The notes below the pieces were generated by a model. It had not been told where the DNA came from. It saw only the letters and a program-made list of their open reading frames with translations, and searched no databases. From the NCBI GenBank assembly GCA_963663035.1, contig OY760074.1:448001-512000 (forward strand): 64,000 bases of DNA, written 5' to 3'. A program made the position numbers and the translations under genes. Below, piece by piece: positions 50,298-61,262 of the stretch (positions within the stretch are counted from its first letter, which is position 1; every line of letters starts with the position of its first letter). This DNA comes from Acidobacteriota bacterium (GTDB taxonomy: Bacteria; Acidobacteriota; UBA6911; RPQK01; JADFOI01).

Positions 50298-50921
50298 CTA
50301 CGCTTTCTCACCGGCTTGATACTGGCCGATTCGGACTCTTGCAGGACGAAGTACTCGCTCTCCCCAGCGGAAGCCACGTTGTAGGACTTCGGCGACGTGT
50401 TGATCAAGATCCGGATCATCCACTGCCACGACTCCTACCGCTTCCGCCTCATGCGGGTCGAACGGCTGGTGGAGAACATCCATAGATTCGATACCCAGAG
50501 ACTTGAGTTTATTCAGGAAGAGTTCCAGATTAAGTCGAACACCTTCATTTAAAGCTTCGAAACTTGGACTCTCCTGCGCGGCCCCCAGAGCACGCTCGAA
50601 GTTATCGAAAATCTCCAGAAAGTTCCTGAAGAGTTCAAGTTTCTCGCTCTCCAGTCGTCTTTCCAGGTCCTTTGTGAGGCGGAGACGAAAGGCTTCATTC
50701 TCCTCGTCCAGTTTCGCGACTTTCTCCTTGAGCTTTTGCTCAGCCAGCTCCGTCCGCAGTTTGAGCTCTTCCACAAGAGTCGGATATTTCTGGGCCGGAA
50801 TAGAAGCCTCGTCGATGGCAGCCTCATCCTGTACCCAGAATCGCCGATCCGTCACTTGAATGGGTGATTCTTTCTTAGCTTCATCCATTTTGGATTTCTC
50901 GCTCTTCCCCGTCGAAGTCAT
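50298..50921 (-). CDS. grpE: Nucleotide exchange factor GrpE
   Basis: Motifs DNFERAL, FDPHEAEA and GERVLRPARV. Confidence 0.92.
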   Translation of the reverse strand: MTSTGKSEKSKMDEAKKESPIQVTDRRFWVQDEAAIDEASIPAQKYPTLVEELKLRTELAEQKLKEKVAKLDEENEAFRLRLTKDLERRLESEKLELFRNFLEIFDNFERALGAAQESPSFEALNEGVRLNLELFLNKLKSLGIESMDVLHQPFDPHEAEAVGVVAVDDPDLDQHVAEVLQRGFRWGERVLRPARVRIGQYQAGEKA

Positions 50922-51052
50922 TTTATCCTCAGTATCATTATCATAAGATTTCGATCCACCCCCGTCAAAGTTCGACAGAATTCGGTGACTGTCCCTGAAT
51001 TACGTCTTGTAACAAGGCTTTGCCAATCATATATAAGGGAAGAAGGAGATTT

Positions 51053-53704
51053 ATGGATATTGATCGTTTAACAGAGAAGGTCCAAGAAGCACTGAGAGAG
51101 GCTCAAACCAAGGCTCTGCGCTACAGTCACCAGTATCTTGATGTGGAGCATCTCTTGCTGGCCCTTCTGGAGCAGGAACAGGGGTTGGCTAGCTCGATTT
51201 GCAATCGAGCGGAGATCAACGCGGAAGGTCTCAGAGGGCGTCTCCAAGAGGAGCTCGGAGGTCTTCCCACAATCTCTGGTCCCTCGGGAGCTCCGGACGG
51301 GGTCTATGCTGCGGGACGTCTCAATATTCTCCTGGCGCAGGCTCAGGAGGAAGCCAAGACACTTGGCGACGAATATGTTTCCGTGGAGCATCTCTTGTTG
51401 GCCATGACCGATGACAAGGGTGTTGCTGGGAAAAGCTTTAAAGAGTTTGGAGTGACTCGAGAGAGACTGATGCGGACCCTGCGGAGCATACGAGGCAGCC
51501 AACGAGTCACCACACCAAGTCCGGAAGCAACTTATGAGGCCCTTGAGCGTTACGGCCGCGATCTGACTCAACTGGCGGCCCGCGGTAAAGTGGATCCTGT
51601 CATTGGGCGCGACGAGGAAATCCGTCGCATCACGCAGGTTTTATCTCGCCGTACTAAAAACAATCCAGTTCTCATTGGGGAGCCAGGCGTTGGAAAGACC
51701 GCTATTGTGGAAGGATTGGCTCAGCGGATTGTTCGGGGTGATGTTCCAGAGGGCTTAAAGAAGAAGCGGATCGTCTCTCTGGACATGGGTACGCTGATCG
51801 CTGGTGCCAAGTACCGGGGAGAGTTTGAGGAAAGGCTCAAGGCCGTTCTCAAGGAGGTCCAGGATTCCCAGGGCGAGATTATTCTTTTCATTGACGAGCT
51901 GCATACGGTAGTGGGCGCCGGTCGGGCGGAAGGCGCTATGGACGCCGGGAACCTCCTGAAACCGATGCTGGCCCGAGGAGAACTGCATTGTATAGGAGCT
52001 ACCACTCTAGACGAATTTCGCAAGTATATCGAAAAGGATGCCGCGCTGGAGCGGCGATTTCAACATGTTCTGGTCAGTGAGCCCTCTGTGGAAGACACGG
52101 TTTCTATCCTACGCGGGTTGAGCGAGCGATACGAAGTACACCATGGTGCCAGAATCAAGGATTCAGCTCTGGTTGCGGCCGCGGTGCTGTCCAATCGCTA
52201 TATCTCAGATCGGTTTCTGCCTGATAAGGCAATTGATCTGATCGATGAGGCGGCTGCGAAGTTGCGCACCGAAATGGATTCTCTGCCTGCGGAGTTAGAT
52301 GAGTTGCAACGCCGCGTCATGCAGCTTGAGATTGAACGAGAGGCATTGAAGAAAGAAACGGATAAGGTGTCAAAGGAGCGCCTGGCCCGGCTCGAAAAGG
52401 GACTTGCAGATACGAAGGTACAGGCCGATACACTGCAGGCACAGTGGCAGACAGAAAAGGAGAGGCTGCAGCGATCGCGGACTATCCGCGAACAGATTGA
52501 GCAGGCCAAGATTGAGATCGAGCAAGCCGAGCGCCAATACGATCTCAACCGGGCGGCCGAGCTGAAGTACGGCACACTGGCGGAGTTGGAGGGGCAACTT
52601 GAGAAGGAAGAGGAAGGCCTGAGCAAGGAGCCTGGCGATCACCACCTGTGGAAGGAAGAAGTGGATGAGCAGGACATTGCCGAAGTCGTCAGCCGTTGGA
52701 CTGGAATTCCGGTGTCCAGGTTGCTGGAAGGAGAAGTGCAGAAGCTGCTCCAGCTAGAGGATGCCCTGCATCGGCGAGTTGTGGGTCAGGAAGAAGGAGT
52801 CACTGCTGTTGCCGATGCGGTGATTCGAGCTCGCTCGGGTCTGAAGGATCCGGACCGTCCCCTGGGGAGCTTCATCTTCTTAGGTCCAACCGGTGTGGGT
52901 AAAACAGAACTGGCCCGTGCCCTGGCTGAGTTCCTGCTTGACGACGAGCGCGCCATGATTCGGATCGACATGTCCGAGTACCAGGAAAAACATACAGTGG
53001 CACGACTGATCGGAGCACCTCCGGGATATGTCGGATACGAGGAGGGAGGCCAGCTCACTGAGGCGGTACGGCGTCGTCCCTATTCGATCATTCTCCTGGA
53101 CGAGATTGAAAAGGCCCACTACGATGTCTTAAACACTCTCCTGCAAATCTTGGACGATGGTCGCCTCACCGATGGGCAGGGCAGAACGGTTGATTTCAAG
53201 AACACCATTGTGATCATGACTTCCAATATTGGGAGTCATAGCATTCTCGAATATGGACACGCCTTTGAAGGGCCGGAATATGAAGAGATGAAAGAAACCG
53301 TATTGAAGGAACTGAGTCGTCACTTTCGACCGGAATTCCTTAACCGGGTGGATGAAATGATTGTCTTTCATGCGTTGTCCAAGGATCAGCTGAAGGAGAT
53401 TGTAGGAATTCAGCTCCAGAATCTGAGCCGTCGTCTCAAGGATCAGAATATTAGGATTGAGCTGACCGAGGAAGGACGCCAGTTTTTAGTCCAAGTTGGC
53501 TATGATCCAAGCTTTGGTGCTCGTCCCTTGAAGCGCAGTATTCAAAAGGAGTTGGAAAACCCTCTCGCTCGCCTGATTCTTCAGGGAGCGGTCGAGGAAG
53601 GACAAGAGGTGTTGGTTGACTATGATGCCTCAAAGAACGGATTGACCTTCTCGCCGCTGGAACTGAAAAGTGAAAAGGAAGTTGCGGCTACGCTCGGAGT
53701 TTAA
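51053..53704 (+). CDS. clpB: ATP-dependent chaperone ClpB
   Basis: Two AAA modules ([16 protein letters not shown]) and a coiled-coil middle domain. ATG at 51053 follows AAGGAG. Confidence 0.97.
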   Translation: MDIDRLTEKVQEALREAQTKALRYSHQYLDVEHLLLALLEQEQGLASSICNRAEINAEGLRGRLQEELGGLPTISGPSGAPDGVYAAGRLNILLAQAQEEAKTLGDEYVSVEHLLLAMTDDKGVAGKSFKEFGVTRERLMRTLRSIRGSQRVTTPSPEATYEALERYGRDLTQLAARGKVDPVIGRDEEIRRITQVLSRRTKNNPVLIGEPGVGKTAIVEGLAQRIVRGDVPEGLKKKRIVSLDMGTLIAGAKYRGEFEERLKAVLKEVQDSQGEIILFIDELHTVVGAGRAEGAMDAGNLLKPMLARGELHCIGATTLDEFRKYIEKDAALERRFQHVLVSEPSVEDTVSILRGLSERYEVHHGARIKDSALVAAAVLSNRYISDRFLPDKAIDLIDEAAAKLRTEMDSLPAELDELQRRVMQLEIEREALKKETDKVSKERLARLEKGLADTKVQADTLQAQWQTEKERLQRSRTIREQIEQAKIEIEQAERQYDLNRAAELKYGTLAELEGQLEKEEEGLSKEPGDHHLWKEEVDEQDIAEVVSRWTGIPVSRLLEGEVQKLLQLEDALHRRVVGQEEGVTAVADAVIRARSGLKDPDRPLGSFIFLGPTGVGKTELARALAEFLLDDERAMIRIDMSEYQEKHTVARLIGAPPGYVGYEEGGQLTEAVRRRPYSIILLDEIEKAHYDVLNTLLQILDDGRLTDGQGRTVDFKNTIVIMTSNIGSHSILEYGHAFEGPEYEEMKETVLKELSRHFRPEFLNRVDEMIVFHALSKDQLKEIVGIQLQNLSRRLKDQNIRIELTEEGRQFLVQVGYDPSFGARPLKRSIQKELENPLARLILQGAVEEGQEVLVDYDASKNGLTFSPLELKSEKEVAATLGV

Positions 53705-53714
53705 GGTCAGGTGG

Positions 53715-54109
53715 CGGGTGATCAGGAAGGTCAAGATCGAGGCCGCACAAGCCCTTCGGCCGCAGGCGTAGTTTAAGTACTCCCTTTCATAAATACGGTA
53801 ACGTTTGCGGATGGGGCTTGCGAGGCGAGGTCGCGAAGGGAGGAGGAGGCGATGTCAGGGACATCGACGACGACGAGAGACAAAGAGATCGCCCGCAACC
53901 CCCATCCGCCCGAAGGGTTGGGGCGGGACGGGCCCATTTCTTTGTTGCTTCTCCTCGCCGATGTCCCTGACATCGACTCGTCGTCGCGCCTCGATCTGGG
54001 CTCCGTCGCGCTCCCAACAAACGCTATCGTATTTATCAAAGTGAGTACTATGCTACGTCGAGGATCGAATGGCGCGGAGAACGAAGAGATTGGCCTTCCT
54101 GGACACCCG
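53715..54109. mobile_element. 395-bp composite MITE, copy 3 (insert at 53776-54049)
   Basis: Same orientation as copy 1; between convergent clpB and the LysM transglycosylase gene. Confidence 0.9.
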
Positions 54110-54111
54110 GA

Positions 54112-55614
54112 CTAGGGAATGAGAAGGACTTGGCCCAGAAAGATCCGATGGGGGTCGTCGATCTGGTTAACGCGCTGTAGCTGTTGAAAAGAGATACCGA
54201 ATCTGCTGGCAATTTCGGTTAAAGTATCGCCCGACTTGACGCGGTATTGAAGGGGTCGTTGAGAAGAGGCTGCCGAGATGGAAAGAAGCTGTCCTGGATA
54301 GATTCGGTCCGGATTAGGGATGTTGTTAGCATGCTGAAGGGTGGAGACGGAACTGCCAACTCTGCCCGCTATGACGAGTAAGGTGTCACCATACTGCACC
54401 CGGTAGCCAATCGACCCGTCCTCGGCCACCAGAATTGGGCTGGGGGCGAGAGGAGCCGTCTCAAGCGCTGCCTGCACCACTTCTCCCTGCCCTTTTGGAA
54501 GATGGAGCTCGAGTCCGGCGGGTAGAATTTTCGATCCTTCCCAGACGCCTTCTCTGATGTGCGGGTTATATTCCCGAAGGATTTCCTCTGTCACTGTGGG
54601 AGTTTGAGTGAAAGTACTCAAACGATGTGACCTTTTCAAAGAGACGGTGTCATATTGCCGGGGAGAGGCAAGTTCCAAAGGGCCGAAGTAGTCCGAATAG
54701 TTACGGGCCACTTCGATGGCTGCTAAGAGTTCAACATAGAAGTTCTTGCTGGCGAATCCGAAGGTTCGGGATTTGTAGCTTTTGATGATCTCACCCATAT
54801 CCGTGCCAAAGCTTCTCTTGGCCCGCAGCATCCCGTTCTGGCCATGATTGAAGGCGGTCACGGCCAGGGGCCATGCTCCCAAGGATTCATAGTTCTCTTT
54901 CAACAACCGGGCTGCGGCTTCACTCGATTTCAAAGGATCCAGGCGCTCATCAACCCTAGTGTCAATCCTCATGAATCGGCGTCCGGTCCCGCGAATGAAC
55001 TGCCAGATGCCAGCCGCGCCTCGTTTAGAGTAAGCACTGTAATCAAAGGAGGACTCGACATGGGGTAAGAGAGCGAGTTCTGTGGGAAGATCGTGTTCCT
55101 CAAAGATTCTTTCAATCTCGCTGAGATATTGCCCAGAGCGAATCAGACCGTCCCGAAACTTCTCCTTGATCCCCCGTTGGGAACGGATGTTCTTCCCAAG
55201 TGTGCTCAATGAACTGGAGGAAAGAGAGTAGCCGTGAGACTGAAGAAGTTGGAGTATGTGCTGATGCCTACTGGTGAGCCTATCTGAATCGGAACCCCAT
55301 TTTCGGATCTCTTCAAAAATCTGCTGGAACTCTTTCTCCCTCTTGTCCGTTTCATCTCGCTGACGTCTGAATTCGGCTTGATCGTTACCAACCTCCCTGG
55401 CAAACCTGACCACTTCGTAGATCAGACGAAGATCGTTTTGGTCATGGATAAGGACTTCTCTCTCGCCGTAGCGGGTGAAAATCGTCTTCCAAAACTCGAT
55501 CTGAACCTCAAAGCCCTGGGAAGGGAACAAGTCTGAGATCTGATTCAAGGAAAAGGAACTGGCCAACAAGAAGTTCACTGAAAAGAGAAGGAAAAAGGGA
55601 AGCGCTTTCAACAT
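54112..55614 (-). CDS. MltD-like lytic transglycosylase with two LysM domains
   Basis: Motifs LPHVESSF, AAGIWQF and AFNHG; LysM repeats YRVQYGDTL and YRVKSGDTL. Confidence 0.9.
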   Translation of the reverse strand: MLKALPFFLLFSVNFLLASSFSLNQISDLFPSQGFEVQIEFWKTIFTRYGEREVLIHDQNDLRLIYEVVRFAREVGNDQAEFRRQRDETDKREKEFQQIFEEIRKWGSDSDRLTSRHQHILQLLQSHGYSLSSSSLSTLGKNIRSQRGIKEKFRDGLIRSGQYLSEIERIFEEHDLPTELALLPHVESSFDYSAYSKRGAAGIWQFIRGTGRRFMRIDTRVDERLDPLKSSEAAARLLKENYESLGAWPLAVTAFNHGQNGMLRAKRSFGTDMGEIIKSYKSRTFGFASKNFYVELLAAIEVARNYSDYFGPLELASPRQYDTVSLKRSHRLSTFTQTPTVTEEILREYNPHIREGVWEGSKILPAGLELHLPKGQGEVVQAALETAPLAPSPILVAEDGSIGYRVQYGDTLLVIAGRVGSSVSTLQHANNIPNPDRIYPGQLLSISAASSQRPLQYRVKSGDTLTEIASRFGISFQQLQRVNQIDDPHRIFLGQVLLIP

Positions 55615-55654
55615 TGCCGGTTATCTTAGCAAAGCCGCCCGACCACTGAAAGAA

Positions 55655-56158
55655 TTATCTCATGTCCGTCAATTCAATGTGCACTTCCGAGCAGACTTGG
55701 TGGGGGGATTTGTCTTGAACCTCCACCTGGATGTCGGCCAGGCAATAGTCCTTTTCGCGAAGGTGAAAAAGCGAGTCCCATTGTTCAGGGTTTCTTGCCA
55801 AAGGGCGGTGCTGTGAGTCCCTGCATCGTTCCTTTGCTAGCTGCAGGGGAATTTTGAGCCATACCGAAATCCCGTGTTTCGAGATAAAGTCGCGGTTGAA
55901 CGTGCTGACGAAGGTTCCTCCTCCCAGCGCCATGACGCAGGGCATCAAATGTTCGCTTTGAATCAATTGGTGCGACTCCAATTCTCGGAAAGATGTCTCT
56001 CCCTGGGACTCGAAGATATCGGAAATGCTCTTCTCCTGTTCCTTCTCGATCAGCTCATCCAGATCGTAGAAGGGACGATCCATCTCACCTGCCAGGAGCG
56101 GACCAATTGTGGATTTCCCGCTTCCCATGAATCCAATGATATAAATGTGCCTTTCCAC
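55655..56158 (-). CDS. aroK: Shikimate kinase
   Basis: Motifs GFMGSGKS, GETSFRELE, GGG and RPL. Confidence 0.94.
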   Translation of the reverse strand: MERHIYIIGFMGSGKSTIGPLLAGEMDRPFYDLDELIEKEQEKSISDIFESQGETSFRELESHQLIQSEHLMPCVMALGGGTFVSTFNRDFISKHGISVWLKIPLQLAKERCRDSQHRPLARNPEQWDSLFHLREKDYCLADIQVEVQDKSPHQVCSEVHIELTDMR

Positions 56159-56160
56159 TT

Positions 56161-57453
56161 TCAGGTTCGGGAGCTCAGAGATTGAAGGACTTTGAAAAAT
56201 TCAGGGAAGGATACGGATACACAGGACGGGTGGTCTAACTCGACCGGTTCTGTGGCGATCAATCCGGCCACTGCAAAGGCCATAGCAATTCTATGATCTC
56301 CAAAGGTTTGGACCCTTCCGCCCTGAAGCTGTTGGCCCGCTGGAACGCAAAAGCCGTCCGGGAACTCTTCAACCCGCACGCCTAGATTTTTCAAATTCAC
56401 CACTATAGAGTGGATCCTGTCGGATTCCTTCTTGCGCAGTTCTTCCGCTCCCCTGACACTGAGTCCTCGCTCAAGACGTGTAGCAAGGACAGCCAAAGCT
56501 GGAATTTCGTCAATCATGTAGGGGAGCTGTTCTCCACTGATCTCTAAAGGAAACCTGCTGAGCGGCTCAGGGCTAAAGCTAACCTTAAGGTCGCAGACCG
56601 GTTCAGAGTTGAACTCTTTGAGATTCGTCCTTTCAACCCGGGCTCCCGCATTCTCCAGCAGAGTGAGCAGACCTGTGCGGGAAGAATTCACCCCTACTCT
56701 TCGCACCCAGACCTCTGCACCGGGAACTATAAGAGCTGCGATGATGAAAAACACGGCGGAAGAGAAATCGCCAGGAATCTGCATTTGTGCTGCTCGTAGA
56801 GATGCTGGTCCTCTCACTTTTAAGCCCTGGTCCGCTCCTTTCGGGACGACATCGAAGAAGGGCAGTGCGCGTTCAGTGTGATCACGGGAAGGAGTTTCTT
56901 CTACCACCGTGGTTTCTCCCTGGGCCATGAGTCCGGCCAAGAGAATACACGATTTTACCTGAGCACTTGGCACTGGCAGCCGGTAATGAATCCCCCGAAG
57001 CTGTGAACCCGTGATACGCAAAGGTGGGTATTCATGCTTGGTCGCCCCGATTTCCGCTCCCATTTGAATGAGAGGCGTCATAATGCGCCTCATGGGCCGA
57101 TGATTCAAAGATTCGTCTCCCTGGATGGTTGAAACAAAGGGGGAAGCGGAAAGCAAAGCAGAGAGAAGGCGAATTGTTGTTCCGCTGTTTCCGGCATCGA
57201 GTAGCTCCTTGGGTTGCTGAAACGTATTCCAGCCTCCGCTTCGGATTTCGAGGTCATTTCCTGACTGGTGAATCTCCAAGCCAAGTGCCTTGAGACAGTG
57301 AAGGGTAGCCTGACAATCCTGGCTGTCTGAAAAGTGAGAAATTCGGGTAGTCCCTTTGGCCATGGCCCCAAGAATGGCATAGCGGTGCGAGATCGATTTG
57401 TCCCCGGGGAGATGGATCTCACCCCGCAGGGAGGAGACCGGTTGAATTTGCAT
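56161..57453 (-). CDS. aroA: 3-phosphoshikimate 1-carboxyvinyltransferase
   Basis: Motifs PGDKSISHR, GNSGTT, SAQVKS, RDHTER, KESDRI and DHRIAM. Start set at MQIQ. Confidence 0.96.
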   Translation of the reverse strand: MQIQPVSSLRGEIHLPGDKSISHRYAILGAMAKGTTRISHFSDSQDCQATLHCLKALGLEIHQSGNDLEIRSGGWNTFQQPKELLDAGNSGTTIRLLSALLSASPFVSTIQGDESLNHRPMRRIMTPLIQMGAEIGATKHEYPPLRITGSQLRGIHYRLPVPSAQVKSCILLAGLMAQGETTVVEETPSRDHTERALPFFDVVPKGADQGLKVRGPASLRAAQMQIPGDFSSAVFFIIAALIVPGAEVWVRRVGVNSSRTGLLTLLENAGARVERTNLKEFNSEPVCDLKVSFSPEPLSRFPLEISGEQLPYMIDEIPALAVLATRLERGLSVRGAEELRKKESDRIHSIVVNLKNLGVRVEEFPDGFCVPAGQQLQGGRVQTFGDHRIAMAFAVAGLIATEPVELDHPSCVSVSFPEFFKVLQSLSSRT

Positions 57454-57454
57454 T

Positions 57455-59533
57455 TTAAGGCTTCTCCGGATGATCACTGAGGAACCCCAGTTGCAGGTCC
57501 AACTCTTTCAAGCGCTTGATCCTGTCTCTGTATTCAGCCGCCTTTTCAAATTCAAAGTTTTGGGCGGCAGTCTTCATTTGGGTCTCCAGCTTCGCCATCT
57601 CTTCCCTGATCTCCTCTGCCGAGGAGTACTTCTCAATCTCCTCTGCCACCAGGGGGGTCTCATAGTAATCCAGCTGAGTCATCTGCAAAAGAGTGGCATC
57701 GATTGGTTTGCGAATGGTTTGAGGAGTAATTCCGTTTTTTTGATTGTACTCTTTCTGGATCTGCCGACGCCGTTCAGTTTCTTCAATGGCTGTGGTCATC
57801 GAACGGGTGATCACATCGGCGTACATGATGACCTTTCCATTGACGTTACGGGCAGCTCTCCCGGCGGTTTGAATCAAAGATGTGCTGCTGCGCAAAAATC
57901 CTTCCTTATCCGCATCCAGAATAGCGACCAGAGAGACTTCTGGCAGATCCAGACCTTCCCGCAGGAGGTTGACTCCAATCAAGACGTCAACCTTTCCGAG
58001 CCGAAGGTCCCTGAGGATCTGCACTCGATCCAGGGTGTTGATCTCCGAATGGAGATAACAGACGGCAATTCCCAGTTCAGTGTAGTACTCGCTCAATTCC
58101 TCGGCCATTCGCTTGGTGAGCGTGGTCACCAAGACCCGTTCCTTTTGTTCCGCTCGCTGACGAATTTCCTCCAACAAGTCCTCGATCTGGCCTTTGACTG
58201 GCCGCACCTCGATTACTGGATCCATCAGGCCGGTCGGTCGAATAACCTGCTGGACGGTCTCTCCACCACATCGCTTCAGCTCGTAGGGTCCGGGCGTGGC
58301 TGACACGTATAGCGTCTGAGGCAATCGAGCTTGTACCTCGGCAAAGTTCAGAGGTCGATTGTCCAAGGCGGAGGGTAGACGAAAGCCATACTTCACCAGA
58401 TTCAGTTTTCGTGAACGGTCACCTTCATACATGCCGCGGAGTTGCGGGACTGTGACGTGGCTTTCATCAATGAAAACCATGGCATCAGAGGGGAGGTAAT
58501 CCATGAGCGTTGGAGGAGCTTCACCGGGAAGGCGGCCGGTCAAATGACGAGAATAGTTCTCGACTCCCCGGCAGTATCCTACGGTCTTGATCATTTCCAG
58601 ATCAAACATGGTCCGTTGGTGAACCCGTTGAGCTTCTACATGCAGTCCTGCTTTCTCTAAGCGCGTTCGATGCTCCTCCAATTCCTGTCTAATGCTTTCC
58701 ACCGCAATATCCCACTGACCTCGAGGCATCACGTAGTGAGATTTAGGATAGATGGGAACTCTTGGATGTGGCTTGAGAATCTCTCCCGTGAGGGGATCGA
58801 ACTGGTAGATGGCGTCAATCTCATCTCCAAAAAGTTCGATCCGGATACCGTAATCTCCGTAGGCAGGGATGACCTCAACAACGTCGCCGCGGACGCGAAA
58901 GGTTCCTCTCATAAGCTCCTGATCGCTGCGCTCATACTGGATTTCGACTAATTTGTGCAGAATCTCCTGACGCTTGATTTGCTGGCCCTTGCTCAACATC
59001 AAGAGCATCCCGTGATAGGCTTCGGGTGATCCCAAACCATAGATACAGCTCACACTGGCCACGATGATGCAGTCGCGCCGTTCCAACAGCGATCGGGTGG
59101 CAGAGTGACGGAGTCGATCGATTTCGTCATTGATCAGGACCTCTTTCTCAATGTAGGTATCGCTGGAAGGGATGTAGGCTTCGGGCTGGTAGTAATCGTA
59201 GTAGCTTACGAAGTACTCAACGGCATTAACCTGAAAGAACCTTTTGAATTCCTGGTAGAGCTGGGCGGCCAAGGTTTTGTTGTGGCTTAAGATCAAAGTC
59301 GGACGATTCACTTTCTCAATGATCCTGGCCATGGTAAAAGTTTTTCCTGATCCGGTGACTCCCAACAGAGTCTGATCCTGTTGGCCTTTCTCGATCTTCC
59401 TCACAATTTCACTAACCGCTCTGCTTTGGTCTCTGCTGGGATGAAAGGCACTCACCAGCTTGAGATCAGCTGAGTTGGCCCAGTCCTGTCCGTAGGAAAT
59501 TCCGGAGTAGGAAAGTTCTTTCGAGCTGGACAC
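57455..59533 (-). CDS. uvrB: Excinuclease ABC subunit B
   Basis: Motifs [22 protein letters not shown] and NLLREGLD; C-terminal UVR domain. Confidence 0.97.
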   Translation of the reverse strand: MSSSKELSYSGISYGQDWANSADLKLVSAFHPSRDQSRAVSEIVRKIEKGQQDQTLLGVTGSGKTFTMARIIEKVNRPTLILSHNKTLAAQLYQEFKRFFQVNAVEYFVSYYDYYQPEAYIPSSDTYIEKEVLINDEIDRLRHSATRSLLERRDCIIVASVSCIYGLGSPEAYHGMLLMLSKGQQIKRQEILHKLVEIQYERSDQELMRGTFRVRGDVVEVIPAYGDYGIRIELFGDEIDAIYQFDPLTGEILKPHPRVPIYPKSHYVMPRGQWDIAVESIRQELEEHRTRLEKAGLHVEAQRVHQRTMFDLEMIKTVGYCRGVENYSRHLTGRLPGEAPPTLMDYLPSDAMVFIDESHVTVPQLRGMYEGDRSRKLNLVKYGFRLPSALDNRPLNFAEVQARLPQTLYVSATPGPYELKRCGGETVQQVIRPTGLMDPVIEVRPVKGQIEDLLEEIRQRAEQKERVLVTTLTKRMAEELSEYYTELGIAVCYLHSEINTLDRVQILRDLRLGKVDVLIGVNLLREGLDLPEVSLVAILDADKEGFLRSSTSLIQTAGRAARNVNGKVIMYADVITRSMTTAIEETERRRQIQKEYNQKNGITPQTIRKPIDATLLQMTQLDYYETPLVAEEIEKYSSAEEIREEMAKLETQMKTAAQNFEFEKAAEYRDRIKRLKELDLQLGFLSDHPEKP

Positions 59534-59554
59534 GAGAATTATTATAAAGCAGAG

Positions 59555-59668
59555 AGGAGGCAGGAGTCAGGAGACAGAAGGCAGGAGAAGAAGAGAGAAT
59601 CCAGAATATCTTTGGAACTCCTTTAGATTCTGCCTCCTGACTCCTACCTCCTGACTCCTTCTTTTTTT
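59555..59668. repeat. Inverted pair of AGGAG/CTCCT heptamer arrays followed by a T tract
   Basis: 5 x AG(G/A)AGNN at 59555-59589 and 4 x NNCTCCT at 59632-59659, then TCTTTTTTT. Confidence 0.85.
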
Positions 59669-59772
59669 GGCAGGGTTGCTGGCTAGAATCAGTGTTCCTA
59701 CACCTGAGCCTTCTGGATGTTAAACTAAATGAGTGAGTTCAGAATGTAAGCCTTCTGGCCGGAAGGCAGGGA

Positions 59773-60159
59773 ATGGGGAACACCGGGATGAGTAACAAGC
59801 ACGGGGACACAGGGCTTGGTTGTGTGGTCTTGCTCCTGCTGGTAGCCATATTGGGCTACCTCGTTTTTCGAATTGTCCCGGTCTATATGGAGCAGGACGC
59901 CTTTCATGAAGCTTTGCTCGACATTTCCGGCAGAGCCACCATCGCGAGATGGGACAACCGCAGGATCATTGAGCGAGTGTTGCAGTCAGCTGAGAACCAT
60001 AACTTTTCCGTCGAATCGAAGGACATCCAAATCCAGCATATCCGTGGCCGGCCGGAAGTCGTCCTCATAGTGAACTATACGAGGACGGAAGAGTTTCCGG
60101 GTGGCTACGTGTATGTTTTTTACTTCCGCTCTGCGGCTCAGGGTTCTCTTGGATTTTAG
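59773..60159 (+). CDS. Hypothetical membrane-anchored protein (DUF4845-like/pilin-like N-terminus)
   Basis: KHGDTGLGC followed by a TM helix and IVPVY. Family assignment is tentative. Confidence 0.6.
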   Translation: MGNTGMSNKHGDTGLGCVVLLLLVAILGYLVFRIVPVYMEQDAFHEALLDISGRATIARWDNRRIIERVLQSAENHNFSVESKDIQIQHIRGRPEVVLIVNYTRTEEFPGGYVYVFYFRSAAQGSLGF

Positions 60160-60239
60160 CCCGCAACGCACTTTCCAGGTCTCGGGTTGACTTGAAGCTG
60201 GTTGAAGCCCGCACCACGAACCTTTAACTTCACAGACTC

Positions 60240-61172
60240 ATGCGAGTTCTCGTCACTGGCGGAGCGGGCTTTATCGGCGGTCACTTGTGTGAGGCTCTGC
60301 TCCAAGCAGGACATGAGGTGCTGTGTCTGGACAACCTCTTTTCAGGATCCATGCGCAACATCTCCCCTTTTTTGAGTGACAGCTCCTTTGATTTCATTCG
60401 GCACGACGTGGTCCAACCGATACTCCTGGAAGTGGATCAAATCTACAACCTGGCTTGTCCGGCATCGCCTGTTCACTACCAATTCAATCCGGTCAAGACG
60501 GTCAAGACTAATGTGATGGGAACCATCAACATGTTGGGTTTGGCCAAGCGAGTGAGAGCCCGTATTCTGCAGGCCAGCACTTCAGAGGTTTACGGGAATC
60601 CGCAGGTGCACCCTCAATCAGAAGATTACTGGGGGAACGTCAATCCCATCGGGTCGCGCAGTTGCTACGACGAGGGCAAGCGAGTGGCGGAGACCCTGAT
60701 GATGAATTACCACCACCAAAGCCAAGTCGATATTCGAATTGCCCGGATTTTCAATACCTACGGTCCTCAAATGTCTATTAATGACGGACGTGTCGTGAGT
60801 AATCTGATCGTCCAGGCCCTTCGGGCTGAGCCGCTGACCCTTTATGGAGATGGATCCCAGACTCGCTCTTTCTGCTATGTCTCTGATCTGGTGCGGGGTG
60901 TAAGGGATTTGATGGACTGTGAAGGGACTCACCAGCCCATTAACCTTGGAAATCCAGTAGAAGTTTCTATCCTTTCGCTGGCGGAACTGGTCCGTGAAGT
61001 GACAGGTACAAGCTCGCAGCTCTCTTTTGAGCCTCTACCACCGGATGATCCGGAGCGGCGAAAGCCTGATATTTCTGCAGCCCGCAAGCTGCTCAACTGG
61101 GAGCCGCAGGTGGAGCTGAAGAAAGGATTACAACAAACGGTCGAGTATTTTGAGGAGCGGCTCCGCCACTGA
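60240..61172 (+). CDS. UDP-glucuronate decarboxylase family SDR
   Basis: Motifs [28 protein letters not shown] and RIFNTYGP. Confidence 0.93.
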   Translation: MRVLVTGGAGFIGGHLCEALLQAGHEVLCLDNLFSGSMRNISPFLSDSSFDFIRHDVVQPILLEVDQIYNLACPASPVHYQFNPVKTVKTNVMGTINMLGLAKRVRARILQASTSEVYGNPQVHPQSEDYWGNVNPIGSRSCYDEGKRVAETLMMNYHHQSQVDIRIARIFNTYGPQMSINDGRVVSNLIVQALRAEPLTLYGDGSQTRSFCYVSDLVRGVRDLMDCEGTHQPINLGNPVEVSILSLAELVREVTGTSSQLSFEPLPPDDPERRKPDISAARKLLNWEPQVELKKGLQQTVEYFEERLRH

Positions 61173-61262
61173 TGCCAGCCCGGGCTATAGAAAGTGCTCG
61201 TGTTGGTGAGAAAGTCGATGTGTTAAGATACTTTGCCAGATTTGGCCCGATCATTTAGGCTT

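Noticed and set aside
50922-51052. CIRCE element between grpE and clpB
   Set aside because: No TTAGCACTC-N9-GAGTGCTAA is present.
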